Below the pieces are notes generated by a model, which worked only from the letters and a program-made list of their open reading frames with translations, ran no database searches and was not told the origin of the DNA. The position numbers were made by a program, and so were the translations under genes. A DNA stretch of 64,000 nt from a virus (Duplodnaviria; Heunggongvirae; Uroviricota; Caudoviricetes): IMG/VR virus record IMGVR_UViG_3300015365_000054; one strand, 5' to 3'. Below are positions 44,417 to 54,954 of this stretch, in pieces (positions within the stretch are counted from its first letter, which is position 1; each line of letters begins with the position of its first letter).

Positions 44417-44826
44417 TATCGCTTCCTGATCGCATCTATTTCAGACAGACACGATTTTACTGATTCTATTATTTCCTTATACGTAGAAGATACTGCTTTA
44501 AGATCAATATCCTTTCTTTTGATTGATGTGCCAAGTTTTCGGAGATCGGCTTCTATGGTCTTATTTGTTTCTAATAATTTTGGCTTTACACCACCATCCG
44601 TTTCAATCTTTTTCTTTTCTTCCGTGTATTCATTAAATAGATCAATCTCTTCTTTGTTCACTTTGTAATCATGACCACCACTCATATGAACTTTTAGCAT
44701 CCCTTCACTCAACCACTGTAATCTCTGTTTGAATTCTGTATTATTGGGAGTCTGCATGTACTTGTATTTGTGCATGAGTTCTTTTTTCAGCTTATTGAGT
44801 TCTTTTATCTTACTCATTGTATTCAC
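44416..44826 (-). CDS. hypothetical coiled-coil protein
   Basis: Continuous gene run. Confidence 0.55.
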   Translation of the reverse strand: MNTMSKIKELNKLKKELMHKYKYMQTPNNTEFKQRLQWLSEGMLKVHMSGGHDYKVNKEEIDLFNEYTEEKKKIETDGGVKPKLLETNKTIEADLRKLGTSIKRKDIDLKAVSSTYKEIIESVKSCLSEIDAIRKR

Positions 44827-45464
44827 CTAATATTCTTATATACCTTACGCATGAATTTCTTCCACACATCAATATCATTCTCATAAAAATATTTGTTATA
44901 GAGAAATATTGCTTCTGATTCTCGCCACGTAATATTACTGGGGCATCGTAGTTTATTTATGTTCAGCTTCCCATACGCGAAGTCAACAATTGTCTCATAT
45001 GCATGAGCATCTATTTCGTCACTTGACCCAAAATAATACAACTTATCTCGTATGCCCTTATGTACTGTTTTTGGTGGTATATAGTTGTCCCCACAGAAGA
45101 ATATTTTCTTTCGTTTGTATTGTTCTTTATGTCTCAACTCATGATAGAAGATCTTATGTAATTTCATTATTAGTATGTCAGCACCACGCTTGGATAAGGA
45201 AATCTTCTTTATGTATTTCGGGAATGATAGTGATATTATTATGTGTTCTGGTATACCTACTATTTTCGGACAGTATTCAGCTGATACTATGACAGAATGA
45301 TTCTTATATGATTTACCGACGAATCTGTTGGAGATAAAGTATACCTTATGTGTATTGAATTTAGCATTCAATTTTCTTATCATAGATGGTATATAGATAT
45401 CCCCAACAAACACATCACTCATTTCATTAATCTTTTTACATAAAATAGATAATTTCACAATCAA
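44823..45464 (-). CDS. putative zinc metallopeptidase (HExxH)
   Basis: FYHELRHKEQY...SSDEIDAHA. Confidence 0.65.
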   Translation of the reverse strand: MIVKLSILCKKINEMSDVFVGDIYIPSMIRKLNAKFNTHKVYFISNRFVGKSYKNHSVIVSAEYCPKIVGIPEHIIISLSFPKYIKKISLSKRGADILIMKLHKIFYHELRHKEQYKRKKIFFCGDNYIPPKTVHKGIRDKLYYFGSSDEIDAHAYETIVDFAYGKLNINKLRCPSNITWRESEAIFLYNKYFYENDIDVWKKFMRKVYKNIR

Positions 45465-46864
45465 TCAACTTTAAGCTTATTGAACTTGTTACCAAAAGAA
45501 TTGTTGTTTCGTTCGAATGCTGGTTTCGATTCTCTTGGTTCTGTAGCCACTACTGGTAATTGCTGTGGCTGGTTTTCTGTGATGTTATACAGCTTCATCT
45601 TACTTCTATCCACCCCAACCATAAATTTCCTATAATAATTCGGATCATTATATCTATTTTTCAGCTGCTTTATCATCATTTGATTGAGGTTCTGTAGCTC
45701 TTCTGGTGCAACAAGAGCAAACATGAGATCTGCTGTCGCAGGAAGTCCGAAAGATTCACTGGTATCTTCCAAACCAGGATCTTGACTGTTAAATCCGGCT
45801 CTGGTGGTTTGTGTGGCAGACATAACTGGTACATCAAATTCAACAGCCAATCCACGAAGTTCTTCTGCAATGGCTTTGATGTATGTGTAGCTGTTTATAT
45901 TTGATCCGGTTTTGATCCTAGACGATGAACATATATTAAGATAGTCCACGAAGATTATGGAAGGCTTAAAATTCTTCTTCATCGCAAGATCATTCAATAG
46001 TGCCCTGAAATGTGCAGCATTTGCTGATGCAGTTGGATATTCCTTTATTATCAGTCTTCCCTTTATACTTTCTGCCAATCTACTCATTCTTCTCTTATAT
46101 ACGTCCTTTGGCATCTTCCTCAGTTCATCCATGGTAACATCAAGGATATTGGCATCGATGCGTTCTGCGATACGTTCTTCCGACATTTCCAGTGTAATGT
46201 ATAGCACATTATAGTTCTGTAGTAATATTGATGCCGCAACGTGGCACATGAATAGGGATTTACCCGCACCAGTTCCACCCAATGCGATAATCAGAGATTT
46301 TGGTGGGAGACCGCCACCAGTTATTTTATTGAATAATTCAATATCGAACGGAATGCGCTTTTCCAGTTTATGATAAAAATCATACCTATCATCACTATTG
46401 GTAATATAATCGTGACCAATGCTAGGATCAAAACTAATAGATAAAGCATCAGTAAGTATAGATGGAATGATTCCTTTGCTGCGCGTACCATGTTCATCAT
46501 CAAGGATTTCAATTGATTCGTATATTGCATTGTGGATTGCCTTTTCTTGACAAAATTTCTCAGCAATATCCAATAGCCAATCAAGCTTTTGTTCTTGCTC
46601 AGTCGTGTCGATTCTACCCAAAAGTTCTAAGGAATTATTTAGTTCTGATTCTGATATGTTGTGGCTATCTTCCAGTGATAACTTTATAGCTGTTGTTGTT
46701 GGTAATGTGTTATACTTCTCAACATATTTCCTTATCTCATTTACTATCTTTTTCTCGTATCCCTCTAGGAAGTATTCCGCTTTGAGGTACGGAAGAGACT
46801 TCCTCATGAAATTCTCGTTCTTGATCAGATTCGTTAATATCACTTCTTCTTTCTTCATTGACAA
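45461..46864 (-). CDS. gp41: replicative DNA helicase
   Basis: GGTGAGKS, ITLEMSEE, IIKEYPT, VDYLNIC, SATQTTR, SESFGLP. Confidence 0.97.
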   Translation of the reverse strand: MSMKKEEVILTNLIKNENFMRKSLPYLKAEYFLEGYEKKIVNEIRKYVEKYNTLPTTTAIKLSLEDSHNISESELNNSLELLGRIDTTEQEQKLDWLLDIAEKFCQEKAIHNAIYESIEILDDEHGTRSKGIIPSILTDALSISFDPSIGHDYITNSDDRYDFYHKLEKRIPFDIELFNKITGGGLPPKSLIIALGGTGAGKSLFMCHVAASILLQNYNVLYITLEMSEERIAERIDANILDVTMDELRKMPKDVYKRRMSRLAESIKGRLIIKEYPTASANAAHFRALLNDLAMKKNFKPSIIFVDYLNICSSSRIKTGSNINSYTYIKAIAEELRGLAVEFDVPVMSATQTTRAGFNSQDPGLEDTSESFGLPATADLMFALVAPEELQNLNQMMIKQLKNRYNDPNYYRKFMVGVDRSKMKLYNITENQPQQLPVVATEPRESKPAFERNNNSFGNKFNKLKVD

Positions 46865-47216
46865 CCTCTTCTGCTGCCGCTATTGCATTTTTCAATACAC
46901 TCAGCATAATATTGTTTGTATAATTACGGAATGCTAATGATTCCAGATTATAATTATTTGGATTATGTAGTACAGACATAGAGAATGATGTGACACCATC
47001 ATCATCTATCCTGAAATGAGAGAACTCTACTACCGTATCAGGGTATTTTCTTAGTATTTTTACTGGTATAGATGACTCATTACCGACATTATACATCACC
47101 ATGTAATGTTTGCCAAGTTGGAAGTCCCTACGTAAAAACCACCACAATACCCTATACGATATATTCCGGATGGAATCAATCATCTTCATCATCCACATAA
47201 TCCAATACAATTTCAT
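46737..47216 (-). CDS. hypothetical protein between uvsX and gene 41
   Basis: Position and ORF continuity; start uncertain. Confidence 0.55.
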   Translation of the reverse strand: MKLYWIMWMMKMIDSIRNISYRVLWWFLRRDFQLGKHYMVMYNVGNESSIPVKILRKYPDTVVEFSHFRIDDDGVTSFSMSVLHNPNNYNLESLAFRNYTNNIMLSVLKNAIAAAEEVVNEERRSDINESDQEREFHEEVSSVPQSGILPRGIREKDSK

Positions 47217-48246
47217 AATCAGAGTTCTTCATAATATCACCAGAAGATAGCTGATATTTTGTCTTAATGAAATCTGTAAATGTTTTCATCTTTAGGATAG
47301 GTAACCAGAAATTAGGTGTATTGGTATCCTTTTCTCTGTATTTCTCTGGCTCCACCACACCCTGATCATTTATTCGTGAATACCAACCATTACTTGGCTT
47401 AACTACATGACCTGATTCTAGGGCAATATCAAGTAATCCACTCCAACGACTTATTCCGCCATCAAACGTGACTGTTACTGGGATCTTGGATTTTTCCTTT
47501 ACGTATCTGGACTTTTCCACATTGATAATGAAGTTATATCCACTAACTTCCGTGCCATCCTTTTCTTGTTGTCTACCAAGAATATAAATGTTATCTGCTG
47601 ATAGATATGATCCTGTACCACCACCCACAACATCCTTGGAATACAGTTCCAGAGTCTTATAGGTATGATTAACAGCTACCATTGGAATGTCTTTTAGGTT
47701 CAGGTGTGGTGTGACCAATCTGAACAAGGATTTTATTTGTTTTGGCCTAGACATATCCTGCACCGACTTTTGCTCCATTGCATCATCAACTTCCTTCTTG
47801 GAAGCAAGCATACCAATAGAATCCACCACAATGATAACATGATCACCACGATTGATCTCGTTTAATTGAGCCATGATGTCAAACTTTAGGAGTTCGATAT
47901 CCGTAAGTGGTACGTGTAGGACTCTATCTTTGTCTATATTAAATGAATCGAAATACTTCAATGGAGTACCGAATTCCGAATCATAAAAAATCATAGCAGC
48001 ATCAGGGTATTTGTCCATATAGGACTTTGCCATCAATAGGGCAAATGCGGTTTTAAAGTGCTTAGATGGTCCGGCAAACATTGTTAGACCTGGTGTTATA
48101 CCACCATCAATTCTACCGCTTAATGCGATATTAATGACTGGAATGGGTGTCTGCACCATATCCTTTTTAGTGAAGAATTTTGATGTTGATAATACATCCG
48201 TCTCTTTAATTGTCGAATTCTTTTTCAACTTATCTATAATAGTCAT
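47176..48246 (-). CDS. uvsX: RecA-like recombinase
   Basis: AGPSKHFKT, YDSEFG, DSIGMLASKKE, VVGGGTG. Confidence 0.97.
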   Translation of the reverse strand: MTIIDKLKKNSTIKETDVLSTSKFFTKKDMVQTPIPVINIALSGRIDGGITPGLTMFAGPSKHFKTAFALLMAKSYMDKYPDAAMIFYDSEFGTPLKYFDSFNIDKDRVLHVPLTDIELLKFDIMAQLNEINRGDHVIIVVDSIGMLASKKEVDDAMEQKSVQDMSRPKQIKSLFRLVTPHLNLKDIPMVAVNHTYKTLELYSKDVVGGGTGSYLSADNIYILGRQQEKDGTEVSGYNFIINVEKSRYVKEKSKIPVTVTFDGGISRWSGLLDIALESGHVVKPSNGWYSRINDQGVVEPEKYREKDTNTPNFWLPILKMKTFTDFIKTKYQLSSGDIMKNSDYEIVLDYVDDEDD

Positions 48247-48266
48247 AGCAAAAACCTCTCAATATA

Positions 48267-50816
48267 CTAAACAAAAAAACCACTTATTGTTGATACTCTT
48301 TCGGACTTCCATCCTATACAATCCAGAATAGTTGCTAGTGGTGCTAAGAAACTTTTTTCGAATTGTGTATTATAATCTATCCACTCATAAATGTCGAATT
48401 CTGGTGGTATAGTGTTTAGGAATGCAATTGCATTATTGTGGAATGGGTTAGGTGTTTTCAGATAACAAAACTTTATCTTATTACCATCTCTGATTGTCTG
48501 ATATTTTTTACCCAACTTACCCATAACAATAAACTTATTATATATCAATGCACTCTTTACTTGTATTGGTGCTCCTTTCTTATATACAGATGATGCATCA
48601 TGATATTGAGCAATACCATTAACGGATCTTGGGAATGATATATCCTCAATCTTTTGTTGTTTGAATTCCTCTCTGAAATCCTCTATGAAATCTAATAGAG
48701 CATCTTCATCACCAGTCATAATTGTTCGTATCGCTTCTTTAATCTTCGTCCTACAGATATATGGAGTAGATGATTTAACCGCTTCAATCCCCATTATCTT
48801 TAGTTCTGGTGTTTCATACCTAACCCCCTCGATATCATATGCATTCATGATGTATCTCTTCTTGGCTGTCCAAATTGCCTTATCTGCTAGAGTTTCTCTC
48901 TTCATATTCATTTTTTGAGCATATGCATTCATGTAATTCGCGAGATTTTGATATGACTTTTTGATCATTGGTTGTATCTTTTTCTCGCATACATTATTCA
49001 TGAAGTCTATTATTTGGATTTTTGGTACATCCTTCGTATCACCATAGGATTTAATAACTAATGGCTCCAGATTGATATAAACAGAATCTGTGTCCATAGC
49101 AATAATATAATCAACATCAGCTGTATCCATTACCTTATTCAGGTAAGAATTTATACTTCTCTCGATCCATTTGATGGATAGTTTTCCGGCTGATGTGATG
49201 GCTTCTGCTATTCGAATATCGAAGAACCTGAAATATTGATTACCCATAGACCCATACGCAGAATTCAGAGTAACCTTCAATGCCATGTTCATCCCCTTAT
49301 ATTTGGAGATGTCATTCTTTATTTTTTCTATGACCTCTGGATCATCTGTATCCAGACTCTCCAACTTTTTCTTGGATTCTATTTCCAGAGATTTATATTT
49401 TGCTCTATCTTTATACATCGATTCCATTATTTTAGGTAGGAACCCCTGATCATCAATTTTGAAGAATTTACCATTTGGTGTTAATGTTATGGCATAATCC
49501 TTTAATATCGATAAATTAATTTGTTGATCCAACAGACTATCTACAGATGCAGCAGATACAATATCTGACATATCATCAGAATAGCTTGTTGGACTTACTA
49601 ATGTTTCTGGACTTATGTTGTATTGCATCATCAAATGTGGATAGAGACCATCAAGGTCGAATGATACAACATACTTGTACATTCCGGCTATTGGCTCTTT
49701 AACGTATGCGCCACCATATTCTTTATCCTTATCATGCACCAATGGCTGTGGCACTACCACATTTATCTTCTTCAATGCATTATATGTAATGGTATCCCAC
49801 ATTCTCACCTGATAGAAAACATCTTCAAAATTTACTTTGTTGTAATAAGCAACATTTAATACGAGATCGAGTAATTTCTTTTTATTGTCAAGCTTCTCCA
49901 CAAGCAGAATATCTCGAATATTATATTCTATGAATTTCTGATGATCTGATTTATACAACTGGTGTAGTGTTTCGTATTCGGAATAATCTAGTTTCCTTTC
50001 GCCCAACTCGTAAAATGCCACGGTATCCAGCTGATAATTCTCTTGTGGGGAGAAACCATATTTCTTATATAGCTCAAGATAATCAATTGTGGCTATTCCG
50101 GATATATCATAATAAATTACATCATTAGAATAGCTATCGGTAGTACGTTTTAGGGATATCTTTTTCCATGGGGATAGTTTTTTGGCATGATCTTCCCCCA
50201 TGATATTGGATATTCTATTCACCAAATAAGGTATATCGAATAGTTTTACATTCCAGCCAGTGATGATATCTGGGCAATTTAAAGTGAAGACATCAATGAA
50301 CCTTGTTAATAGATCACGTTCGTTTTTACACTTGTGATACTGCACATTAGGATCATCTGTTGTGAAATCACCCACACCAAAACTGTATATGGTGTTTCCT
50401 ATTTTAACTGAAATAGCAGTAACTTCTTCTGTGGCAGAAATAACATCCGGAAATCCATTCTCAGATCCACACTCAATGTCTATATTGGCAATGAGTATTT
50501 TTCTCGGATCGAAATCGATATCATCCGTAAACATATCGGAAATGAATGCATACTTGAATTTAGCATTTCCATAGATGGGGAAGGAATGTACATCCTTGTA
50601 CTGTTCGATGAAATCTCTACACTCTTTCATGTCTCCGGCTTGCACAGGCTGCACGTATTTACCATCAAGGGTCTTGTATCCACTTTCTTTATCAGTAAGG
50701 ACATAAAGAAGTGGTTTATATTCTATGCGTTGTGCTACTCTCTTACCGTTTTTAATACCACGATATAGAATATTTTTACCATAAACCTGAACATTAGTGT
50801 AGAAATTATCAGACAT
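48267..50816 (-). CDS. gp43: family B DNA polymerase, uninterrupted
   Basis: Exonuclease DIEC; polymerase SFDLDGLYP, K..LNSAYG, MDTDS, KKRY. Confidence 0.98.
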   Translation of the reverse strand: MSDNFYTNVQVYGKNILYRGIKNGKRVAQRIEYKPLLYVLTDKESGYKTLDGKYVQPVQAGDMKECRDFIEQYKDVHSFPIYGNAKFKYAFISDMFTDDIDFDPRKILIANIDIECGSENGFPDVISATEEVTAISVKIGNTIYSFGVGDFTTDDPNVQYHKCKNERDLLTRFIDVFTLNCPDIITGWNVKLFDIPYLVNRISNIMGEDHAKKLSPWKKISLKRTTDSYSNDVIYYDISGIATIDYLELYKKYGFSPQENYQLDTVAFYELGERKLDYSEYETLHQLYKSDHQKFIEYNIRDILLVEKLDNKKKLLDLVLNVAYYNKVNFEDVFYQVRMWDTITYNALKKINVVVPQPLVHDKDKEYGGAYVKEPIAGMYKYVVSFDLDGLYPHLMMQYNISPETLVSPTSYSDDMSDIVSAASVDSLLDQQINLSILKDYAITLTPNGKFFKIDDQGFLPKIMESMYKDRAKYKSLEIESKKKLESLDTDDPEVIEKIKNDISKYKGMNMALKVTLNSAYGSMGNQYFRFFDIRIAEAITSAGKLSIKWIERSINSYLNKVMDTADVDYIIAMDTDSVYINLEPLVIKSYGDTKDVPKIQIIDFMNNVCEKKIQPMIKKSYQNLANYMNAYAQKMNMKRETLADKAIWTAKKRYIMNAYDIEGVRYETPELKIMGIEAVKSSTPYICRTKIKEAIRTIMTGDEDALLDFIEDFREEFKQQKIEDISFPRSVNGIAQYHDASSVYKKGAPIQVKSALIYNKFIVMGKLGKKYQTIRDGNKIKFCYLKTPNPFHNNAIAFLNTIPPEFDIYEWIDYNTQFEKSFLAPLATILDCIGWKSERVSTISGFFV

Positions 50817-50820
50817 TATA

Positions 50821-51135
50821 TTATCCTAGAATGAGTTCCTTTGATGGGGTGATTACTCCACCAAAAATACTATTATAGTGGTTTCTCATGGTATCATCAA
50901 CTTCTTCTGATACAATAGCCTTATCTAATTTGATAGTAATGATTTTATTCTTTCCTAGATATGGCATGAATGGGAAGAAACCCAATCCACGTTGCCCGTC
51001 TTCTGTTGCTTGCATACCAACCATAAGAACATTTTTAACTTTTAGTTCTGTTGGTGTAGATTCCACTACTTCTCCAACTAGCTCCTCACCACTAACCAAT
51101 TTAATTGCATATACTGTCATATCATACCTCGTCAT
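50821..51135 (-). CDS. Sm-like beta-barrel protein
   Basis: IKLVSGEELVG...PFMPY. Confidence 0.7.
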   Translation of the reverse strand: MTRYDMTVYAIKLVSGEELVGEVVESTPTELKVKNVLMVGMQATEDGQRGLGFFPFMPYLGKNKIITIKLDKAIVSEEVDDTMRNHYNSIFGGVITPSKELILG

Positions 51136-51370
51136 CTTGTTGAAAAAAATCTTTTGCTCTAATCATCTTTGTGTGGGAGTATTTTACTTTAGGTGGATTT
51201 TTTGCATATTCCACAATATCCTTATGGGTTACGGGCTGACCATTTTTATAATATACCCCAAGTGCCATTGTCCATGTATCACGATAACATATTAAATACC
51301 AACCCAATGATTCAGTTATCACTAGGTTGTATTTTTGAAATAATTCCCGTAATTCTATAATAGAATTCAT
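51122..51370 (-). CDS. hypothetical protein
   Basis: Continuous gene run. Confidence 0.6.
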   Translation of the reverse strand: MNSIIELRELFQKYNLVITESLGWYLICYRDTWTMALGVYYKNGQPVTHKDIVEYAKNPPKVKYSHTKMIRAKDFFQQDDEV

Positions 51371-51549
51371 TAAGTTGTTTCTGTAGATGGTCTCTTATTC
51401 TTCGCTGTTATGTAAGATTGCTCTGCCGCCACAAATGCATTCCTGATGTCACCATGTTGGTGTTTAGTGTTGTATCCCAATGCCATACTCATTAGTAATG
51501 TACGCTTGATTTCTCTTGGTAATTTAACTGTATCTCTTTTAGTGCTCAT
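51370..51549 (-). CDS. 59-aa hypothetical protein (not in ORF track)
   Basis: MSTKRDTVKLPREIKR...; GGAG RBS. Confidence 0.55.
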   Translation of the reverse strand: MSTKRDTVKLPREIKRTLLMSMALGYNTKHQHGDIRNAFVAAEQSYITAKNKRPSTETT

Positions 51550-52250
51550 TTTGTCTCCACATTTAATATGTCTTTACATTTGTTCCAAAATCTCTCTTGC
51601 TGCCCCTCATGGAAGGATTGCCAGCAATGCCAGAATAACGCCATTTCGCCTATATCTTCCCCTATGACACCATAAGTAGTGCCTATACCATATGTGGGCA
51701 TCCCATCTGCAAGTCTCCAGAATGGCTCTGTATTGGTCTCCCAAGCCATACGTATTGGTGGTGCTTCAAATGACATAGGCATCAACAGCTGAACATGCAC
51801 ATTATTCTCTTCTGCTTTATATGTCAATTCTTCGGCAACATCCCCACGATGTGTTTCCAGACAAGATGGTGCACCTAGTTTGTCATATGTTTCGAGCGAA
51901 AATGCGATATTATGCGCACCAGCAAATACGTGCTGGTTATTCTCTATATGATTACTACGTTGAGCATCACCCACCAACATACCACTATACGCACATGCAA
52001 ACATATAATCTATTGATTGTTCAGTTAATGGTACACAATCAATATCCAAAAACATAACAGCATCATGCCCCTTATTGCGTAGCATTGGAATCAACCCATC
52101 CATAGTATACCCATGTCTCATATCACTTAATACCTGATAAAACGCCACATTGGATTTGTTGAATTTATCAACTACCTTTTTCTGGTATACTAGTGTGTTC
52201 TCGTTTATATTCCTCATGAAAATAGAAACGATACAAGGATTATTTGTCAT
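51546..52250 (-). CDS. GT-A fold glycosyltransferase-like protein
   Basis: VMFLDIDCVP (DxD), RGDVAEELT. Confidence 0.65.
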   Translation of the reverse strand: MTNNPCIVSIFMRNINENTLVYQKKVVDKFNKSNVAFYQVLSDMRHGYTMDGLIPMLRNKGHDAVMFLDIDCVPLTEQSIDYMFACAYSGMLVGDAQRSNHIENNQHVFAGAHNIAFSLETYDKLGAPSCLETHRGDVAEELTYKAEENNVHVQLLMPMSFEAPPIRMAWETNTEPFWRLADGMPTYGIGTTYGVIGEDIGEMALFWHCWQSFHEGQQERFWNKCKDILNVETK

Positions 52251-52251
52251 A

Positions 52252-52965
52252 TTATTTCACCTTTTCGCATACTGCAACATAATAACCATTCCACCACAAT
52301 TCCCTGTCTCCATTATAATTAGCGGGTAATTCCCATTCCTTATGCACCTTAACACCAGTCAAATCAATAGCACGTCTGGTTCCTTTTTTCACATCATCTG
52401 AATTCCAATCATCTACGATGAAAATGAACACATCATCCAAAAAGAAGTAATAATGGGTTAATGCATACACATGATCCTTTTCAGTATGACCACCATCATA
52501 TAAATATACATTAAATAGACCACTAGATACATTAGCCTTTTTCATAAACCTCAATTCATCATGCAATGCAAGGAATTGATGATCTGGTAGATTAAAGCAA
52601 TCCGAATTATACATTGTATAATTATTGATATCATTGGATTTCATATTGGTTTCGAATATGTTTTTGATATCATACGTGCCATGCACATCAGTGCCAAACT
52701 GAGAGAAGTTATCAATTGCCAGCGCAAATTGTGGCTTATTCTTATAAAGGGCAGAAACAAAAGTGGATCCCATCCAAACACCAATCTCCAAATATCTTGT
52801 GTTTATATCATCGACAATCTCATTAAGAAATATTCTTATTTTAGATGATGACATTCCAACAATATCTAGTTGTGCTTGTTCCAACTTTGTTGAATTATTG
52901 TTTGCTTGATTTATCGCATACTCTACCCTTGAGATGTACGACTTTACTGTTTGTTCTTTTTCCAA
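52252..52965 (-). CDS. class I SAM-dependent methyltransferase (Methyltransf_24-like)
   Basis: YLEIGVWMGS, IDNFS, YLYDGGH, IVDDWN. Confidence 0.8.
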   Translation of the reverse strand: MEKEQTVKSYISRVEYAINQANNNSTKLEQAQLDIVGMSSSKIRIFLNEIVDDINTRYLEIGVWMGSTFVSALYKNKPQFALAIDNFSQFGTDVHGTYDIKNIFETNMKSNDINNYTMYNSDCFNLPDHQFLALHDELRFMKKANVSSGLFNVYLYDGGHTEKDHVYALTHYYFFLDDVFIFIVDDWNSDDVKKGTRRAIDLTGVKVHKEWELPANYNGDRELWWNGYYVAVCEKVK

Positions 52966-53702
52966 GGAAGCACCCCATTATACTTTTCTAACATTTTCCT
53001 ATTACCATTCTCAAAGAATGGTGCTTGAACAGATAATCCCGTATTACCAACACGATATTTTACACTATACCCCCTAGTACAGTCAAATTTCAGCTTATTG
53101 TTTTTATGCATCAAAACAGCTGCAAGTGCGCGATCAATCTCCATCTGACCCGGTTCTCTGAATTTCCTATACCAAACAGGAGCAATGCTGGTGGCAATAT
53201 CTTTGCGCACGAAATAACAATTCACATCAATGAAAAAATCTTCATCATGGAGGCACGAAGCCCACATACCTAGACTTTCACAATCATCCAGACATAAAAC
53301 ATTACCATCTTTATCTATAATCTTTCTTAGAGAATATGCCCAATCCAGCTTATTCGTTTGAACCAAATCAACCAGTGATTGAATATGATTTGGTTCAAGC
53401 ATATTATCATCATCTAACCATATGTGATAATCGCCCTCCGCAATAAATGTGCATGCACCATAAATTCTATGCCCATTGTATCTATTTTTCCCAATAGAAT
53501 ATGGTAATTGAATAATTGCTTCATTATCTGATGTACTATTGAATCCTAAATCTTGGAATACGGAAGATGCTGCTTCTGATCGTTCATTACCATCAACAGC
53601 AACCAAGTGCTGGATATTTTTATATGTCTGTCTACGTACAGATTCAATGCACTCTTTTAGAAGTGGATTTCCTGTGGTAGGTGTTATCACTGATACTCTC
53701 AT
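52944..53702 (-). CDS. glycosyltransferase family 2-like protein
   Basis: VSVITPT, CIESV..QTY, VAVDG, WLDDD, IDVNCY. Confidence 0.85.
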   Translation of the reverse strand: MRVSVITPTTGNPLLKECIESVRRQTYKNIQHLVAVDGNERSEAASSVFQDLGFNSTSDNEAIIQLPYSIGKNRYNGHRIYGACTFIAEGDYHIWLDDDNMLEPNHIQSLVDLVQTNKLDWAYSLRKIIDKDGNVLCLDDCESLGMWASCLHDEDFFIDVNCYFVRKDIATSIAPVWYRKFREPGQMEIDRALAAVLMHKNNKLKFDCTRGYSVKYRVGNTGLSVQAPFFENGNRKMLEKYNGVLPWKKNKQ

Positions 53703-53862
53703 ATTTTACTCTCTGGTTTTCTATATCTATTATAAATGGGGATTCTTCTATTGAGGCTGGATATGAATAGTCTACACATTCTCCAGCGCAAACCCTCCAT
53801 ATATCTGATGGACATACCATTTCTTATATTCCATATTTTATATTTGATCATAGGTATCATGA

Positions 53863-54516
53863 TTAATCCCACAAATCTTGGAAATACACACCAAATAATC
53901 TAAATCCATTTTGAACACGCTTTTTATGTTTCTTCAATTCTTTCATATATGTCACGTATGTATGATTATCCCCCTCAACCATTTTAAATAATTCCGGATT
54001 ATCCTCACATCTCTCGAATTTATAATCTATGACACCAGTACTGAATTTTCTCTCTGATTCAGGATCCAGCATATCCTCGAAAGCAAAAATCATTTCATCT
54101 AACACCCAATCCCACCGAACATCATGGTGTTCGTCTACATCCCAACGACTTTCTGCTTTTATTTTTCGGCGTAGTTCTTTTGGTACGTCTTTATCATCAA
54201 CATACGCTGATCCACGTTTGGTTGATTTTAATTGTTTGAGCATTGGTAGTATAATCAACGCCAAAGTATCATTCATTCCCCAAGTATCATAATCATCAAT
54301 ACGGATTTTTACTTTACGCTTCCGTTTGCTATCAAGCCAGATACACGCTTTATATAGCCAACTTTTTTCTCTGCTATGAGTATCATATATCCCCCATGCT
54401 AACCAATCACCAAATGCGTCAATTTTTGCCTCGTCTTTAGACCAGAACATTAATTTTCTTGCGATTTGGTAAGGACCAATCCATTCCTTATGTTCACCGA
54501 TATAAACTTTCATCAT
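53863..54516 (-). CDS. phage hypothetical protein
   Basis: IRIDDYDTWGM..TLALIILPML.QL, WDWVLDEMIFAF, LFG.YFQDLWD. Confidence 0.75.
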   Translation of the reverse strand: MMKVYIGEHKEWIGPYQIARKLMFWSKDEAKIDAFGDWLAWGIYDTHSREKSWLYKACIWLDSKRKRKVKIRIDDYDTWGMNDTLALIILPMLKQLKSTKRGSAYVDDKDVPKELRRKIKAESRWDVDEHHDVRWDWVLDEMIFAFEDMLDPESERKFSTGVIDYKFERCEDNPELFKMVEGDNHTYVTYMKELKKHKKRVQNGFRLFGVYFQDLWD

Positions 54517-54702
54517 TCTACCCCAAAGTGTTTCTTGATCGCATCAGCATACATATTTCCTGTGGGTTCTTCCCATTCTTCAACACCAACACCAACACAA
54601 ACATCTGCGCATTTTTTCACGATACTTTCTGCGAAATTCATGATTATATCATCCATTTGTTTACTTTCCCGTGCACGAAACCAAAGATTCTCTATCATTT
54701 CT

Positions 54703-54954
54703 TTATTCATAATGAAAACAATCCCAACAAAATAAAATGTCCCCAGTATACTTCTTTTTACATCCATCACAAGTCCAATAAAACCCCAAATCAAGGAATT
54801 CCTGTTCTTTCATCTTCATATGTGGCTCAATGCAATTATCATATAATTGCCTCATTTTTCTAATGATAGTTGATTTCTCTTCTTCTGGTAAGAGTCCATA
54901 ATCATGTCTATATGTTATACACATATCATGAATTATATTTTCTTTATTTTTCAT
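54703..54954 (-). CDS. small protein with Zn ribbon
   Basis: DMCITYRHDYGL; CDGC...CWDC. Confidence 0.6.
   Translation of the reverse strand: MKNKENIIHDMCITYRHDYGLLPEEEKSTIIRKMRQLYDNCIEPHMKMKEQEFLDLGFYWTCDGCKKKYTGDILFCWDCFHYE

Noticed and set aside
48267-50816. Intein, intron or split in DNA polymerase (also checked nrdA, nrdB, gene 41, uvsX)
   Set aside because: Normal lengths with contiguous motifs; no splice-junction or endonuclease insert seen
53704-53862. Structured RNA in the intergenic gap
   Set aside because: No convincing helices; several short overlapping ORFs are possible and none is supportable
54513-54794. Single clean gene as given in the track
   Set aside because: The 5' half overlaps 54703..54954 and the start is uncertain, so it is used only as motif evidence
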